A DNA stretch of 64,000 nt from a virus (Duplodnaviria > Heunggongvirae > Uroviricota > Caudoviricetes): IMG/VR virus record IMGVR_UViG_3300022661_000054, one strand, 5' to 3'. A program made the translations under genes and the position numbers. Each line of letters opens with the position of its first letter. Position 1 is the first letter of the stretch. Shown here piece after piece: positions 19,301-28,597 of the stretch. Under the pieces are notes generated by a model, which worked only from the letters and a program-made list of their open reading frames with translations, was not told the origin of the DNA and searched no databases.

Positions 19301-22128
19301 GGAACCCGCCCTGCTAATATGTTACGTACAACAAGTTTATTATAAATACTTTTAGCTTTTTTGGTGTTAAAAGTACCAATCTCAGGGTACTTATCGTCTT
19401 CTTTAAACTTAATCTCAGTTTCAAAATCTAGGTTAGGAACACTCTTTGCTTCATCTTCACTTAACCAAGAAGACGCAACAGCATATTCTATAGGTTCTAG
19501 TACACCATTACCGTCAACATCAGTTAACACGGAAAATGTAGTGTATAAGGTAGGGTCATTTAAAGAAGCGACTCTGATATTTGGATCTGCGTTTTCAATA
19601 ACCTCAATAATACTATCAAAAGGAATTTCTTCGCCAAAGTCAAGCTCATGCATGTTAAATGCATTTGCAAGCGCTATTTTAATATGCTCTTTCAGTATAT
19701 TTGCTTCTTCCTCTGTTATCTTGGAGTTAGTTGCAATAGTAACATTTAATCTTAAATAGTTATTAATACTAAGAATATCGTCTTTACGAGGGGTTTGAAT
19801 TTTATGTGCCAAAGTTTTTGAATTAGTATCAAGCTGTTGTTCTATGGTGCTTAAGTTAGCATTAGAATAAGTAAATGAACTGTCATAGGGCTTACGTATG
19901 CTTTTAGATTCAGAGCTAAGCTGTGTGTATGACTTAAAAGGATAGAGTACTAAATCAAAATGATCTATTGTAGGCTCTTCTTTAACTAATGTTTCGGCTA
20001 TTTGATGCTTAATATTAGTTTGTAAAAAGGTTTCTACATCGGTTTTTTCGAAGTTTTCAGTATCTGTCTGTAAATAGTGTTTTGTATCAGTTTTTACATA
20101 TTTTTCTATATTTGTCCGTAAATACTCAGCTGTATCAGTCTGTATAAACTTTTCTGTGTCAACTTGAAGAAATTTTTCTGTATTAGTTTGCACGTACTCT
20201 TCAGTATCTATTTGTTTATATGTTTTTGTTACGAGATACTTTTTAATTGGGTATTTAATACTAATTTCCTCTATAGGTAAATTAGTATAATAGTATAAAG
20301 TACTTGTAGGAGAGTCATTTTGCATAACTAACCAAACTCTTCTACCATTTGATGTACCTTCTTGCACAATACCTGTTTTTGTAGTATCAAAAGTTTTACT
20401 ACTTGCACCAGAAGTTATAATAAACTCAGACGGATACAGAGGGAAACCATTTTCATTATATGTACGCCAATATGTAGTAACTTCTACACCGTCAATAACT
20501 TTAGTTGCTGGATTACTAGAAAAATATGGTTTATTTGCTTCACTAACGTGGGTATAATTTTCATACCCTGCGTCTTCTATAAATTCAGGGTCATCTTCAT
20601 TTGATTCCCATAATTCTAAATTACCTGGTTTAGTATCAACGTGTTCTCTATTACCAGGAGTGACACCTTGAGAAACCGGAGTACCAGGAGTGATACCTTG
20701 AGAAACCGGGGTACCTGGTATGGTTTTTTGATGTACTAAATCACCAGTAATATCTTCTTCTGCGAGGTGTTTGAATTCTATACCTTCATCAGTGTATTGA
20801 TAGACAGGCTCACCATAGTCTTTTCCAACACTTTTAAACTCACCATGTTTGGTAATACCTTGAGAAACTAGCTTGCCTTCTTCTAATAGACCTTCAGTTA
20901 TTTCAGTATCAACGGTCTTTTTTATAAATACTGGAGTATCCTTATAAAAAATGCCGGCATCATCACAGCTACAAATAGTAACTGCTCTATTTATATCATT
21001 ACGAATATCTGTAACTAATATATTAGATACTAATGATCTGCCACCATCATCTACCATTGAATAGATTTTATTCATATAATCTCTACAAGTGACTAGAGTC
21101 TCAAAAGTGCCGACAGTCTTTTTAAAATTATTATAGGCTTGACTGATTGTCTCAATGTTAGCTCCATTGTTTGCTGAAAATGAATTTTCGACACTAAAAC
21201 TTTCAGCTGAAACTTTAGACCAGTAACCTGATGTAGGAGGTTCTAACTGTGTTAAAGTTCTTGGCGATACATTGCCACTGATGCCGGAAGTTCTGGCATA
21301 GTAAATAAACAGCCCATCATTAAACAGCTCGCTGTAATCTTCTGGAAATTCAATATACGGACGACTCTCATAAGAGTCAAAACCGAATTTAAAAGATCTA
21401 GTTCCTCTAGGCACAATATTTAAATTATCTACTCTAGTCCAGGGTGTCCCATCTACTAAACTACCCTTAGAAGTATCACCGAAAACATTATATACAAAAA
21501 TACCATTCTCAGCTACCTGTGTTTCTGGAAGATAGAATCTGTTACGTTCTGATATATGATTTATTGTAATTACACTATTATCACCAGCACCTTCACATTT
21601 TACAAGCTGACCTTCCATACAAGGAATAGGAGGATCGGTGATAGGCGAAGCAGCTGAAATAATACGAGGTGTTTCATTAGTCGTAAAATAGTATATATCC
21701 TTATCTCCGTTTGTAATAACAGTAAATTTCGGAATCTCTAAATGCTGACCATCTTTCATGTTCATAACATTTGCTTCTTCTTCAGAAGGATCTGGATTAT
21801 AGTATTTAATAGTAACAGTCGTCTCAGCAGATCTATAATACTTGATATTATAGCCAAGCATTTCGCACAACTTACGCATAGAATCTTCTTGAGCAGCAGT
21901 TGGCATAAAAGCTTCAAGAGTATTTTTATCTATGTTATAATTCAGCTTATCTGCAATACCTGTTAGTGCTTTTAAGATTACAATACCAGGGTCACTTTCA
22001 TTCGTACTTGTCGGATCCCAACGTTCCGAAAGTTTACCGGCAACTTCTAAAAGTTCGTTCCATATTTGAACGAAGTCCTTTTTAGTTGGAGATAAATTTA
22101 GTGCTGTAATTTCATTTTTTGTTAGCAT
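13375..22128 (-). CDS. Giant baseplate wedge protein (gp6/baseplate-J-like N-terminus), 2917 aa
   Basis: KDFVQIWNEL...DPGIVIL...LCEMLGY...IEFP...GANIETI...LVTCRDY; follows a gp25-like gene. Confidence 0.7.
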   Translation of the reverse strand: MLTKNEITALNLSPTKKDFVQIWNELLEVAGKLSERWDPTSTNESDPGIVILKALTGIADKLNYNIDKNTLEAFMPTAAQEDSMRKLCEMLGYNIKYYRSAETTVTIKYYNPDPSEEEANVMNMKDGQHLEIPKFTVITNGDKDIYYFTTNETPRIISAASPITDPPIPCMEGQLVKCEGAGDNSVITINHISERNRFYLPETQVAENGIFVYNVFGDTSKGSLVDGTPWTRVDNLNIVPRGTRSFKFGFDSYESRPYIEFPEDYSELFNDGLFIYYARTSGISGNVSPRTLTQLEPPTSGYWSKVSAESFSVENSFSANNGANIETISQAYNNFKKTVGTFETLVTCRDYMNKIYSMVDDGGRSLVSNILVTDIRNDINRAVTICSCDDAGIFYKDTPVFIKKTVDTEITEGLLEEGKLVSQGITKHGEFKSVGKDYGEPVYQYTDEGIEFKHLAEEDITGDLVHQKTIPGTPVSQGITPGTPVSQGVTPGNREHVDTKPGNLELWESNEDDPEFIEDAGYENYTHVSEANKPYFSSNPATKVIDGVEVTTYWRTYNENGFPLYPSEFIITSGASSKTFDTTKTGIVQEGTSNGRRVWLVMQNDSPTSTLYYYTNLPIEEISIKYPIKKYLVTKTYKQIDTEEYVQTNTEKFLQVDTEKFIQTDTAEYLRTNIEKYVKTDTKHYLQTDTENFEKTDVETFLQTNIKHQIAETLVKEEPTIDHFDLVLYPFKSYTQLSSESKSIRKPYDSSFTYSNANLSTIEQQLDTNSKTLAHKIQTPRKDDILSINNYLRLNVTIATNSKITEEEANILKEHIKIALANAFNMHELDFGEEIPFDSIIEVIENADPNIRVASLNDPTLYTTFSVLTDVDGNGVLEPIEYAVASSWLSEDEAKSVPNLDFETEIKFKEDDKYPEIGTFNTKKAKSIYNKLVVRNILAGRVPLFKYNNTFKTSFAEAPYLVTTGLSNSGTDTLKTEAPAALPDGVTTDYMPKDSCFVWTDGEKVYTAQKIKDKNESVYYTTTEPGLSSYGSDSDDNTLESIIVDGVVTEIGESDNKNDITDIQTECTIKVNDITDTGLKLKAGEFVRFRAPNLTTVKTYPAYVNYHLHLNEPVAKEARAASANSLFAILNSDMASGWTDNENTPIKWQKVLNHFTNTHKKKFTISQTISAYSEILAEESDACPKNNGNHKKGTDGKCIYCGNPMTNVQVGNIKVGVDNTIVDVNAPDVLDIFKKSGCVKLISTTAATAFVQSDIRGKLPEIVLTDSDGKAFNPFITSATTLSDIKASVDNEITALKDVTDGLPRYDWTVSFELEYVPFEPTTLTAWEDFIRQCKTALDKGTTFNNQVLDYKPVEENRTILWRMFGEGYEPGRYVTEDTEKILKFNKNYFGLLNQNNYLLDVYLVENIGIAARVSMISNNEDYELGTGEYLCIEYTPSATTDDSSSQATTAVTELYEAGTIIKPSGFEPGLMDSSTLDKTSTKSVTFNELNSTVEMYSIGANEQIEVRELAEVKINKSFFNSAVSNQIYIYKNFDCAELEKANDDQSGRSYTLKDGEYIFYTDKNQAELAYFTSGTVVTAKGSIALKSYEDIDISTIFDSGIKEIPWKSLSFIGSNDELIFSEYQYVTLGEGDTIYSLSLADGGDLTSSDWKYCTDVAYTVSGASEDELEQGLDPVRLSFDNNETTEKGLGWEAQCSLALNVSGADSQTLRNDGIVKTSLKLSSAGISDTKSLKLEPTEGNTLSFKTNLACATNGTINVNDVVYNPNKLTGFKLKIFTDESPAIVKTEPGRTVQLEKERETLKNGQGLSDFTKWVGETLDLSEKGYSDIWNTVDLTRINSNKLDEDTGKYYDNALKLSTSLLPDTYGLFSIYINYASDDPAEANSMSTWLEVIPGTKHDDITLFNTDEPSWTNGIAQINTADKLHLSPGINCIRVNKSGTFFIKTSEGSKGTLSFDDIRLVDYKLVLEEGNTGSSIASATYGLNLDQLGYQIIDDPVLNIKVLNQLIENSVATAYSQVNELKSKNDEEISELYNTLIDVKPSIEKIIDFATTAKTELESLITVENDTYSWDKEFNTTILDKYAQIATTLNKEKALLDALTEYKEKDDLELQLVSILKDLVDVNTIQQQILSELAYLTDSINQNNITFAEDAILNDFENVAHGVDSEGLIKELKTASIEKINTDYNAKLAVILEDLEQVADFEGRTRLISVLENLITAEHYPELVSKVNQLVETANNDQIDSYLDTLSTSAKEADYLMMSSVLRNLKMMLEEENLPILISEIEQLANKNSYAQLDAVLAQLSILLTKSSSDVGNLESSDPIEIINALIDEVDLKLDSTAEPSPDQSIIEGVENLHNEYYNTYRETLDALVVELTGILSSFDYDYYNDVIESINIVKDEQAIEALDNIELITAVRDTDIANVESISLDTLLTFDFGKAAVLAVWPSYMYEDLADGFKAMSTFVYDSATNLDNVSDSDSMDGDNDYKSVFYYTDSTGTEKLRTTLAEAANVESFIALFDKVKSLALQHEQKKVIENFINSLSFTILQLPSSITDSLTAIKGGDDSARNTIINSIYDKLSRLTNADNVSSFTIIEKQQLLAALKEELNGIISTDTKLLNVVSNLLCPSITLYEENYPEFTAKEDDFYSKVTDLANNVKSAFTGYTSNTESALLDAIKDYISDLSNVVVSESNAPSYADYSDKNLLNKLQSKQDLLDWLVNVDITNNELVDESLLPDSYRERVLDLIDKSVVYNKIKTVFDAISNEFDRTKPDENTEDKSIILRSWTNALSAWLAINVLDETNDIEASLKIAMNNLSDSLDKLEEDAGKSKELLELEKVLTQEKQLLAEIKDLDKNNDFYYNVPIESSLAIEFTEGDKKLNTLLNPRTNYDVNNVNNNFVISKLDIDYLTDGIQVARSSKLN
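19990..20225 (-). repeat. Degenerate 24-nt (8-aa) coding tandem repeat Q(T/V)DTE(K/E)(F/Y)(L/V/I), about 9-10 units
   Basis: QIDTEEYV QTNTEKFL QVDTEKFI QTDTAEYL RTNIEKYV KTDTKHYL QTDTENFE KTDVETFL QTNIKHQI. Confidence 0.75.
20653..20718 (-). repeat. 30-nt coding direct repeat (PGTPVSQG[IV]T)
   Basis: accaggagtga(c/t)accttgagaaaccgg(a/g)gt occurs twice, plus a partial third copy. Confidence 0.8.
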
Positions 22129-22146
22129 CTTTTAAACTCCTTTTAT

Positions 22147-22539
22147 TTATGATTGTTGTTTAGTTTCATCAAACAATAATAGATTAAAAGTATTATGTGT
22201 ATAATCAATTTGATTTGTGCCAGAGAAAGTGCAATAAAGTCTGCCTTTTATATTATCTGATACAATATCAATATTGTTTCTAGAAATTTTTATCTGCGGC
22301 AAAAAGATAGCAATTTGTGTATAAATGGTATCAATTAGCATATCTTTTAATATGTAACTATTTTGATTAAACATATAATGTTTTAATAGAATACCAAAAT
22401 ACGGGTCACATTCAAATTCACCACGCTCAGAATGTAACAAAAGCAAGGCGTTTTGTCTTGTAGCTTTTCCATACTCGTCCGCGCGCCATATTCTTGAACT
22501 ATTAGTTTTAAACATTTTTGGAAACTTATAGGAACGCAT
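22147..22539 (-). CDS. Baseplate wedge protein gp25/GPW-like
   Basis: LLLHSERGEFECDPYFGILLKHYMF...IAIFLPQI, gp25-like signature and position. Confidence 0.7.
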   Translation of the reverse strand: MRSYKFPKMFKTNSSRIWRADEYGKATRQNALLLLHSERGEFECDPYFGILLKHYMFNQNSYILKDMLIDTIYTQIAIFLPQIKISRNNIDIVSDNIKGRLYCTFSGTNQIDYTHNTFNLLLFDETKQQS

Positions 22540-22555
22540 TAGTTATCTCCTTTAG

Positions 22556-23239
22556 CTATTCTGAATATTTTGTATCGGTTCCAATTTTATTATATTTTCT
22601 ATATGTTTTATTACCGTTTTTAACGCAGGTTTTAACTCTTAACTTCGCACAGGCACCGCAGGCAGAGCACTCACCGTCTTCATCTTGGTACTTAAAAGCA
22701 TCTACAACGGGATACTCAGCAGTATTATCAAGGTCTCCATCATCAACTTCTACGTTTTCCGGTCGAAGTTGCCATTGTGTCCAGTTTTTAAAACATCTAA
22801 AATATTCATCTAGCTTTATAAAAAGGTCTCTAGCCCAAGATTCTAGCCACAGTATGTAGTCCGCTATTTTTTTCGGGGTCTTGAAATGTTTATAAACAGC
22901 TTCATTGGAAAACCTAAAGATCGTAGTTTCAGAAGGCATACTTGCTTTTGTACGGACATTTAAAGAATCTAAAATGCCCGCGCCACCCGGTGTTTCGTTT
23001 TCATATGTAGTTCCTTTAAAAAGCTTACCTATAACAATTGGCTTTTCTAGAGCGTTTTCTTCAAAAGCTACAAAAACAACATCTTTTACATATAAGTTAT
23101 TGAACATACCGGGCGTAATATTAATCAAAGCTTCTATTTCTATTGGAGTAGAACTAGACGCTGTTTCAAATAGAGGCAGTCTTACTACACACCGATTACC
23201 AGCTCTATTTATAGACTTTATAATACCTTTAGTAACCAA
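22556..23239 (-). CDS. Baseplate-associated protein (N-terminal OB-like hub region)
   Basis: GIIKSIN..CVVRLP...DVVFVAF...PIVIGKL; first gene after GCTAAATTA. Confidence 0.5.
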   Translation of the reverse strand: MVTKGIIKSINRAGNRCVVRLPLFETASSSTPIEIEALINITPGMFNNLYVKDVVFVAFEENALEKPIVIGKLFKGTTYENETPGGAGILDSLNVRTKASMPSETTIFRFSNEAVYKHFKTPKKIADYILWLESWARDLFIKLDEYFRCFKNWTQWQLRPENVEVDDGDLDNTAEYPVVDAFKYQDEDGECSACGACAKLRVKTCVKNGNKTYRKYNKIGTDTKYSE

Positions 23240-23272
23240 AATAGCTGACCTCCATTAAAAACTTTTATCAAA

Positions 23273-23281
23273 TAATTTAGC
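23273..23281 (-). promoter_or_regulatory. Putative late-promoter motif GCTAAATTA (representative copy)
   Basis: Exact 9-mer also at 1407, 5281, 6661, 10872, 45145, 48131, 55554, 56685; intergenic and mostly just upstream of structural genes. Confidence 0.65.
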
Positions 23282-23371
23282 AAATAGTATACCAAATAGA
23301 TTTAATAAAAATAAAAGTTAAAGCTATATAACATACTATACAGCTTTAACTTTATAAATATATTTATAATA

Positions 23372-25603
23372 TTATACTAATAAATGAAAAGTCCTGCTTA
23401 TGACTTCGCGCTGCTGCTCTCTAGAAAGCTTGTGAAAATTTACAGCGTAACCAGAAACTCTTATTGTGAGATTTGGGTAATTTTCAGGGTGTTCATATGC
23501 ATCCATGAGGGTTTCTCTATTTAGTACATTAACATTAATATGATGAGCGCCTTTAGCAAAGTAACCGTCTAACACAGAGACAAGATTATTTATCTGATTT
23601 TCTTCAGTATTTCCGAGAGTAGCGGGGGCAATAGAAAATGTATTAGAGATACCATCTCGGCAATCATCATAATTTAATTTAGCAACAGAGCTGAGCGATG
23701 CCAGTGCTCCATTTTCTTCTCTATTGTGCATAGGATTAGCACCAGGCGCGAAAGGTTCACCGGCTTTTCTGCCATCTGGCGTAGCTCCAGTATGCTTACC
23801 GTACATTACATTAGAAGTAATAGTTAAAACTGACAACGTGTGAACAGCATTTCGATACGTTGGTATTTTACGTAATTCTTCAATAAACGAATGAGTAATT
23901 TCTTGAGCTATAGTGTCAACTCTATCATCATCATTTCCAAACTTAGGAAATTTACCATCACATGTAAAATCAACAATATAGCCAGCTTCATTTCTAAGAT
24001 TTTTTACATTAGCATATTTAATTGCGCTTAAAGAATCGGCCATAACTGATAAACCTGCAACACCGAAAGCCATTAAACGTTCTACATAAGTATCATGTAG
24101 TGCCATTTGAGACTTTTCATAGCAGTATTTATCATGCATATAATGAATAATGTTCATAGTATTTACATATAGCTTCGCAATCCAAGGCAAGTAAATATCT
24201 AGTCTCTTTTTTACTTCAATATAATCTAAAGTGTCACCTGTCAGTACTGGCATTTGCGGACCAATATGTATACCACTTGTTGTGTCATAACCTCCGTTTA
24301 TCGCAACAAGAAGCAGTTTAGGTAAGTTACATCTAGCACCAAAAAACTGCATTTGCTTGCCCAATTTCATAGCAGATACACAACATGCAATTGCATAGTC
24401 GTCACCATAAATAGGTCTCATTAAATCATCATTTTCATACTGAATAGAATCTGTATCAATAGAAATTTTCGCACAAAACTTTTTAAAACCGTCTGGTAAT
24501 TTTGAAGACCAAAGTACAGTTAGGTTAGGTTCAGGTGATGGGCCAAGAGTGTAAAGAGTATTAAGAATTCTAAAACTAGTTTTGGTTACTAAAGTGTTGC
24601 CATCTGCCTGCATACCACCAACAGCTTCTGTAATCCACATAGGGTCACCACCGAAAAGCTCGTTATATTCAGGAGTTCTAAGGTGTCTAGCGCAACGAAG
24701 TTTAATAACAAAATCATCTAAAAGCTCTTGCGCAGCCTCTTCGGTTAAAAGACCGTTGCGAATATCACGTTCAATATAAATATCAAAAAATGTACAGACC
24801 CTGCCAAGTGACATTGCGGCACCATTTTGCTCTTTAATAGCGGCAAGGTATGCAAAATAAGTCCACTGAATAGCTTCTCGTGCATTTGCTGCAGGCTCTG
24901 AAATATCATATCCATACATTTCTGCCATTTGTTTCATTAAGCCCAAAAACGTAATTTGTTTGTGTAACTCTTCACTTAAACGAATTTCATCGGTATTAAA
25001 GTTTGATGTAGCCAATGCTTTTCTATCTTTTTGCTTTTCTTCAATTAACCGATCAATGCCGTATAGAGCCACTCTACGATAATCACCGATAATTCTACCT
25101 CTACCATATGCGTCAGGAAGACCTGTAATAATATGGCATTTTCTAGCAGCTCTCATTTCATCGGTATAGGCTCTAAATACACCATCATTATGAGTTGTTC
25201 TATATCTAAACTCATTTTCAACTTCTTCGCTGAGCTTGTACCCGTACGCTTCACACGCCTGACGAACCATACGCATTCCGCCAAATGGATTTACGCTTCT
25301 CTTAAGCGGACGATTTGTTTGTAAACCAACAATTAGCTCATTATCCTTATCAATGTAACCAGGAGAAAAACTAGTTAAAGATGATACAGTCGCTGTATCA
25401 ACATCTAAAACACCACCATACTGGCGTTCTAGATCAAATAATCCCTGCACTTTTTTCATTAAATTTGTAGTACGGTCGGTAGGTCCAACTAGAAAGCTGT
25501 GATTACCACTGTAAGAAGTGTAGTTTGTCTTAATAAAATCATGTACGTCTATTTTGTCTTGCCAATAACCGCCCTTAAAATCAAACCAATTTGGATGATT
25601 CAT
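23372..25603 (-). CDS. pflB: Pyruvate formate-lyase (formate C-acetyltransferase)
   Basis: [30 protein letters not shown] (Cys-Cys active site), [12 protein letters not shown] glycyl-radical loop. Confidence 0.95.
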   Translation of the reverse strand: MNHPNWFDFKGGYWQDKIDVHDFIKTNYTSYSGNHSFLVGPTDRTTNLMKKVQGLFDLERQYGGVLDVDTATVSSLTSFSPGYIDKDNELIVGLQTNRPLKRSVNPFGGMRMVRQACEAYGYKLSEEVENEFRYRTTHNDGVFRAYTDEMRAARKCHIITGLPDAYGRGRIIGDYRRVALYGIDRLIEEKQKDRKALATSNFNTDEIRLSEELHKQITFLGLMKQMAEMYGYDISEPAANAREAIQWTYFAYLAAIKEQNGAAMSLGRVCTFFDIYIERDIRNGLLTEEAAQELLDDFVIKLRCARHLRTPEYNELFGGDPMWITEAVGGMQADGNTLVTKTSFRILNTLYTLGPSPEPNLTVLWSSKLPDGFKKFCAKISIDTDSIQYENDDLMRPIYGDDYAIACCVSAMKLGKQMQFFGARCNLPKLLLVAINGGYDTTSGIHIGPQMPVLTGDTLDYIEVKKRLDIYLPWIAKLYVNTMNIIHYMHDKYCYEKSQMALHDTYVERLMAFGVAGLSVMADSLSAIKYANVKNLRNEAGYIVDFTCDGKFPKFGNDDDRVDTIAQEITHSFIEELRKIPTYRNAVHTLSVLTITSNVMYGKHTGATPDGRKAGEPFAPGANPMHNREENGALASLSSVAKLNYDDCRDGISNTFSIAPATLGNTEENQINNLVSVLDGYFAKGAHHINVNVLNRETLMDAYEHPENYPNLTIRVSGYAVNFHKLSREQQREVISRTFHLLV

Positions 25604-25638
25604 AAATATCTCCTTTAAAATAGTTTTACATATATAAA

Positions 25639-25674
25639 TAAAAGACAGCCCTACTTGTAACTGAGCTGTCTTTT
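25639..25674 (-). terminator. Terminator-like hairpin
   Basis: aaagacagc...gctgtcttt inverted repeat after the HPr-like gene. Confidence 0.55.
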
Positions 25675-25675
25675 A

Positions 25676-25909
25676 TTACTTTTCAAGCTTTTCAATAAAC
25701 TTTGTAAACTTTTCTGCATCAATATGATCTGGTGCAGTTAAATTTACTTCTTTGCCTAGAATAGTGAATAGAGCCAGTAAACTTTTTGCATCAAAAATCT
25801 CAGTACTTGTACTTAAATAAATAGAAAAGTCTTCTTTGCTCGCCATTTCACTAAGTCTATACAAATCTTCTTTTGTATTAATCTTAAACGGATATGTCAC
25901 AATTATCAC
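25676..25909 (-). CDS. HPr-like small protein
   Basis: 77 aa with DAKSLLALF resembling the HPr Ser46 region (NAKSIMG); no equivalent of His15 evident. Confidence 0.5.
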   Translation of the reverse strand: MIIVTYPFKINTKEDLYRLSEMASKEDFSIYLSTSTEIFDAKSLLALFTILGKEVNLTAPDHIDAEKFTKFIEKLEK

Positions 25910-25951
25910 CTCTTTTTAATTATTATACAATATATTTTAGCATAATTTTAA

Positions 25952-26146
25952 TTAATACCAAGGCCCATCAAAAGAATCATCAATACATTCTCTATGATCA
26001 CATTCGGGACAAACTAAATAATCAACAGCTCTACGTTTACGGCCAGTTTTATACATGTGGCCTTCAAATGTATTATACTCTTCTTCAATAAACCATACTG
26101 CTTCTAGTGGTTCTCCACAGACAGAACATTCACCATACTTGCTCAT
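25952..26146 (-). CDS. Small zinc-ribbon protein
   Basis: CSVC...CPEC. Confidence 0.7.
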   Translation of the reverse strand: MSKYGECSVCGEPLEAVWFIEEEYNTFEGHMYKTGRKRRAVDYLVCPECDHRECIDDSFDGPWY

Positions 26147-26616
26147 TATTTAACCTCTTCACTAGATACTTTTGTAAAAATAATCCAGTCATCTTCATAG
26201 CCTTCCCCAAAGGTCTTTTTAAATCCTTCACACTCGTATTTTTCTGCAAGATAATTGGTAAGCTCATAATTAAATTTAGTACACCATAACTTATCTTTTT
26301 TAGTCGAATGCCACTCCCAAGGTTTATGCCAATCAGTTGAAAAACTAAGTTCTCCTGTTTCTTTATCATAGTCGCAAATTTTAACTAAGTATTTATTTAT
26401 AATTTCTACTGCTTTTTCTTCAGACCACTCTAAAGCTTGGTACTTTCGAGCATGAACCAAATCAAGCTCTACTGAAATTACACCAATAGGATAAACAAAC
26501 CAATTACGAAAATCATAACCTTTGTAACTAGGATTTTTTCTTCGACGTCGTCTCTCACGGCGCTCTTTTTCTCTTTGTTCCGTTTTTAACTTTTGTTCTA
26601 TCTCTTTTTCAAACAT
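26146..26616 (-). CDS. Hypothetical protein
   Basis: 156-aa ORF with SD AGAGG, coupled to the next gene. Confidence 0.7.
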   Translation of the reverse strand: MFEKEIEQKLKTEQREKERRERRRRRKNPSYKGYDFRNWFVYPIGVISVELDLVHARKYQALEWSEEKAVEIINKYLVKICDYDKETGELSFSTDWHKPWEWHSTKKDKLWCTKFNYELTNYLAEKYECEGFKKTFGEGYEDDWIIFTKVSSEEVK

Positions 26617-26710
26617 ATTTAACCTCTAAATTTTATAAAATATCCACAACTAGAACAGATAGATTTATTACGGCCATCAAAACAAGTTTTCATAATATAG
26701 TAATCTCCTT

Positions 26711-27070
26711 CTACCTAGTAGCAAATTTATCAAAGTAGTCTTCTGTGTACCACTTTTCTAATTTCTCTACTTGCTTACTTAGTCGTTTTTCATTGTAAAG
26801 AAATGGAAGACCATCTACCTTTTCTTGGATATAATATTTGCTATCCATATCAGTCTCTGAGACTCTACCACAAACAGTACATACCTTAGTAGGTATAGGT
26901 ATTATTTCTATTTTTGGTTTGCCTGTTTTAAAATCAGTACCATTCCATTTACGATGTAAAAGAACTGTTTCATATATATGTTTATGCTTTGACCGAGGTA
27001 GTCCTTTTGCATTAGATTTCTTTTTATATTTTGGTGCTTCATCTGATAAAAGAATACGTTTTTCGTTCAT
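26711..27070 (-). CDS. Hypothetical protein (basic; HKHIY, CTVC)
   Basis: ORF with SD AGGAG. Confidence 0.7.
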   Translation of the reverse strand: MNEKRILLSDEAPKYKKKSNAKGLPRSKHKHIYETVLLHRKWNGTDFKTGKPKIEIIPIPTKVCTVCGRVSETDMDSKYYIQEKVDGLPFLYNEKRLSKQVEKLEKWYTEDYFDKFATR

Positions 27071-27081
27071 AGACTAACTCC

Positions 27082-27264
27082 TTATAGGTATCTAAGCTTA
27101 TTAAAAGGTGTTTTACCATCTCCCACTTTAATGCGTGTTTTTCTCCACCGCCACCAGCCTGGAATATTAGTAACAAGTATTAATTCACCATTTTCAATAA
27201 TCGGATTTACATAAGTCCATGCTTTATAAGTATCCTTGCGTAGTCTAACAATATATCTAGCCAT
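27082..27264 (-). CDS. Stand-alone Mtd-N/hyaluronidase-N-like domain protein
   Basis: VRLRKDT...ENGELILV...IKVGDGKTPFNKLRY. Confidence 0.55.
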   Translation of the reverse strand: MARYIVRLRKDTYKAWTYVNPIIENGELILVTNIPGWWRWRKTRIKVGDGKTPFNKLRYL

Positions 27265-27266
27265 AA

Positions 27267-27653
27267 TTAAACCTCTTTCCAACCATTCTTTTGAATAATT
27301 CTTCTCATATTCTCAACACCTACCGGATTCATTGAGTGAATATGAATAGGGTAATTACGACCAGTTTCTTCAAGCCAGTCAAGGAGCTTAATATAGTCAC
27401 CACCATCAGAAGCATAATCTCCTGCATCATGGTCAATATCAATGAGTTCAATAGTAGAGTATGCACTGTGTAGTATACGGTTTAGGTGTTGAGCATACTC
27501 ATCCCTGCCATCCTCGTACGCTGCTTCTTGTATTTCAATGATTCTCTGCCGTTCTTTCTCTCGTGTCTCAATAGTCTGAATGGCTCTACTTACAGTTCTG
27601 ATATGAATATATCCATCAGGTGCAGGTCTTACATCGTCAATCCAAAGTTTCAT
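27267..27653 (-). CDS. Cyclic-phosphate-processing receiver (cREC) domain protein
   Basis: MKLWIDDVRPAP...IDIDHDAG...DYIKLLDWLE...IHSMNPVGVENM. Confidence 0.75.
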   Translation of the reverse strand: MKLWIDDVRPAPDGYIHIRTVSRAIQTIETREKERQRIIEIQEAAYEDGRDEYAQHLNRILHSAYSTIELIDIDHDAGDYASDGGDYIKLLDWLEETGRNYPIHIHSMNPVGVENMRRIIQKNGWKEV

Positions 27654-27859
27654 ACTCGAAAATTATCCTTATCTTGAATTACATTAATATTTTTGTCAAA
27701 ACCGACAACTTTATAAGTAACCAGGCATAATACAAATCTAATACTAGAAAAATCAGTAAAAAGAGACATATTTGTCATGTCCATATCAATCACTAAATAT
27801 GGTACATCAGTGAACCAAAACTTATCACCGATTTTGAGATCTTCCAATCGTTTTATCAT
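27650..27859 (-). CDS. Hypothetical protein
   Basis: Short ORF coupled to neighbours. Confidence 0.6.
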   Translation of the reverse strand: MIKRLEDLKIGDKFWFTDVPYLVIDMDMTNMSLFTDFSSIRFVLCLVTYKVVGFDKNINVIQDKDNFRV

Positions 27860-27886
27860 ATCTAAATCACCTCTTAATTTATGCTA

Positions 27887-28150
27887 TTAGTAGTTAAAAT
27901 GTTCTTCTAAGTCTACATGTTTACAGCGGTCATGCCAAATCCTTATTTTTTCAATTTTTACAAAAGGTCGTGTAATGTAGTAACCGATGTTATGTAGCCA
28001 CCATTCTACATACATACCTTTATATGATCTGTTAAGGCAAGCATCAGCTGTATATTCTTTATACATCTTATAACATGAGGTGTATATAATGTATTTCATC
28101 TTTTTAGGATCCCATATCTTATAGCTGTTTTCTATATGTAAATTCTTCAT
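27887..28150 (-). CDS. Hypothetical protein
   Basis: 87-aa ORF in a co-oriented run. Confidence 0.6.
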   Translation of the reverse strand: MKNLHIENSYKIWDPKKMKYIIYTSCYKMYKEYTADACLNRSYKGMYVEWWLHNIGYYITRPFVKIEKIRIWHDRCKHVDLEEHFNY

Positions 28151-28596
28151 TCTACGTCAATCTCCCAAGAGTATCTAATATTATAATTAATATATGATTT
28201 ATCAACAATAATATTATGTTTATTTTTAATGTCGGCCAGATATTTATCAATAATTTCTTCTTTAGTTCTTTGCCAAAATATAGAAGAAGTAATTATATCT
28301 AGATTTTCTTCCATATACTTATCAGGCCCAGCAGGACATTTACTAGCTCCAATAGTGAATAAATCTTCTATAGCAATAGACTTCGATGGTATAGAAATAG
28401 ACTTAAAAAATGCACTACAAACATCTTCTACTGCGACCGTTAATCTTATAGACTCAAAGTCAATATACATTCGAAGTCTAATTTTATAGAGTACCTCTGG
28501 AAGATTTGTTAGTGAACAATGATGCTTTTGTTGTACTAGCTCTCTATTCTGTCTAGCATTTGCTGCACAAGCTGCGATAATACAAGCACTATTCAA
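28147..28596 (-). CDS. Hypothetical protein
   Basis: 149-aa ORF with stop/start overlap. Confidence 0.6.
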   Translation of the reverse strand: MNSACIIAACAANARQNRELVQQKHHCSLTNLPEVLYKIRLRMYIDFESIRLTVAVEDVCSAFFKSISIPSKSIAIEDLFTIGASKCPAGPDKYMEENLDIITSSIFWQRTKEEIIDKYLADIKNKHNIIVDKSYINYNIRYSWEIDVE

Positions 28597-28597
28597 C

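Noticed and set aside
19990-20718. CRISPR array or DGR template/variable repeat in the repeated segments
   Set aside because: The repeats are in-frame coding repeats without spacers, show no adenine-specific divergence pattern, and there is no reverse transcriptase or cas gene in the window.
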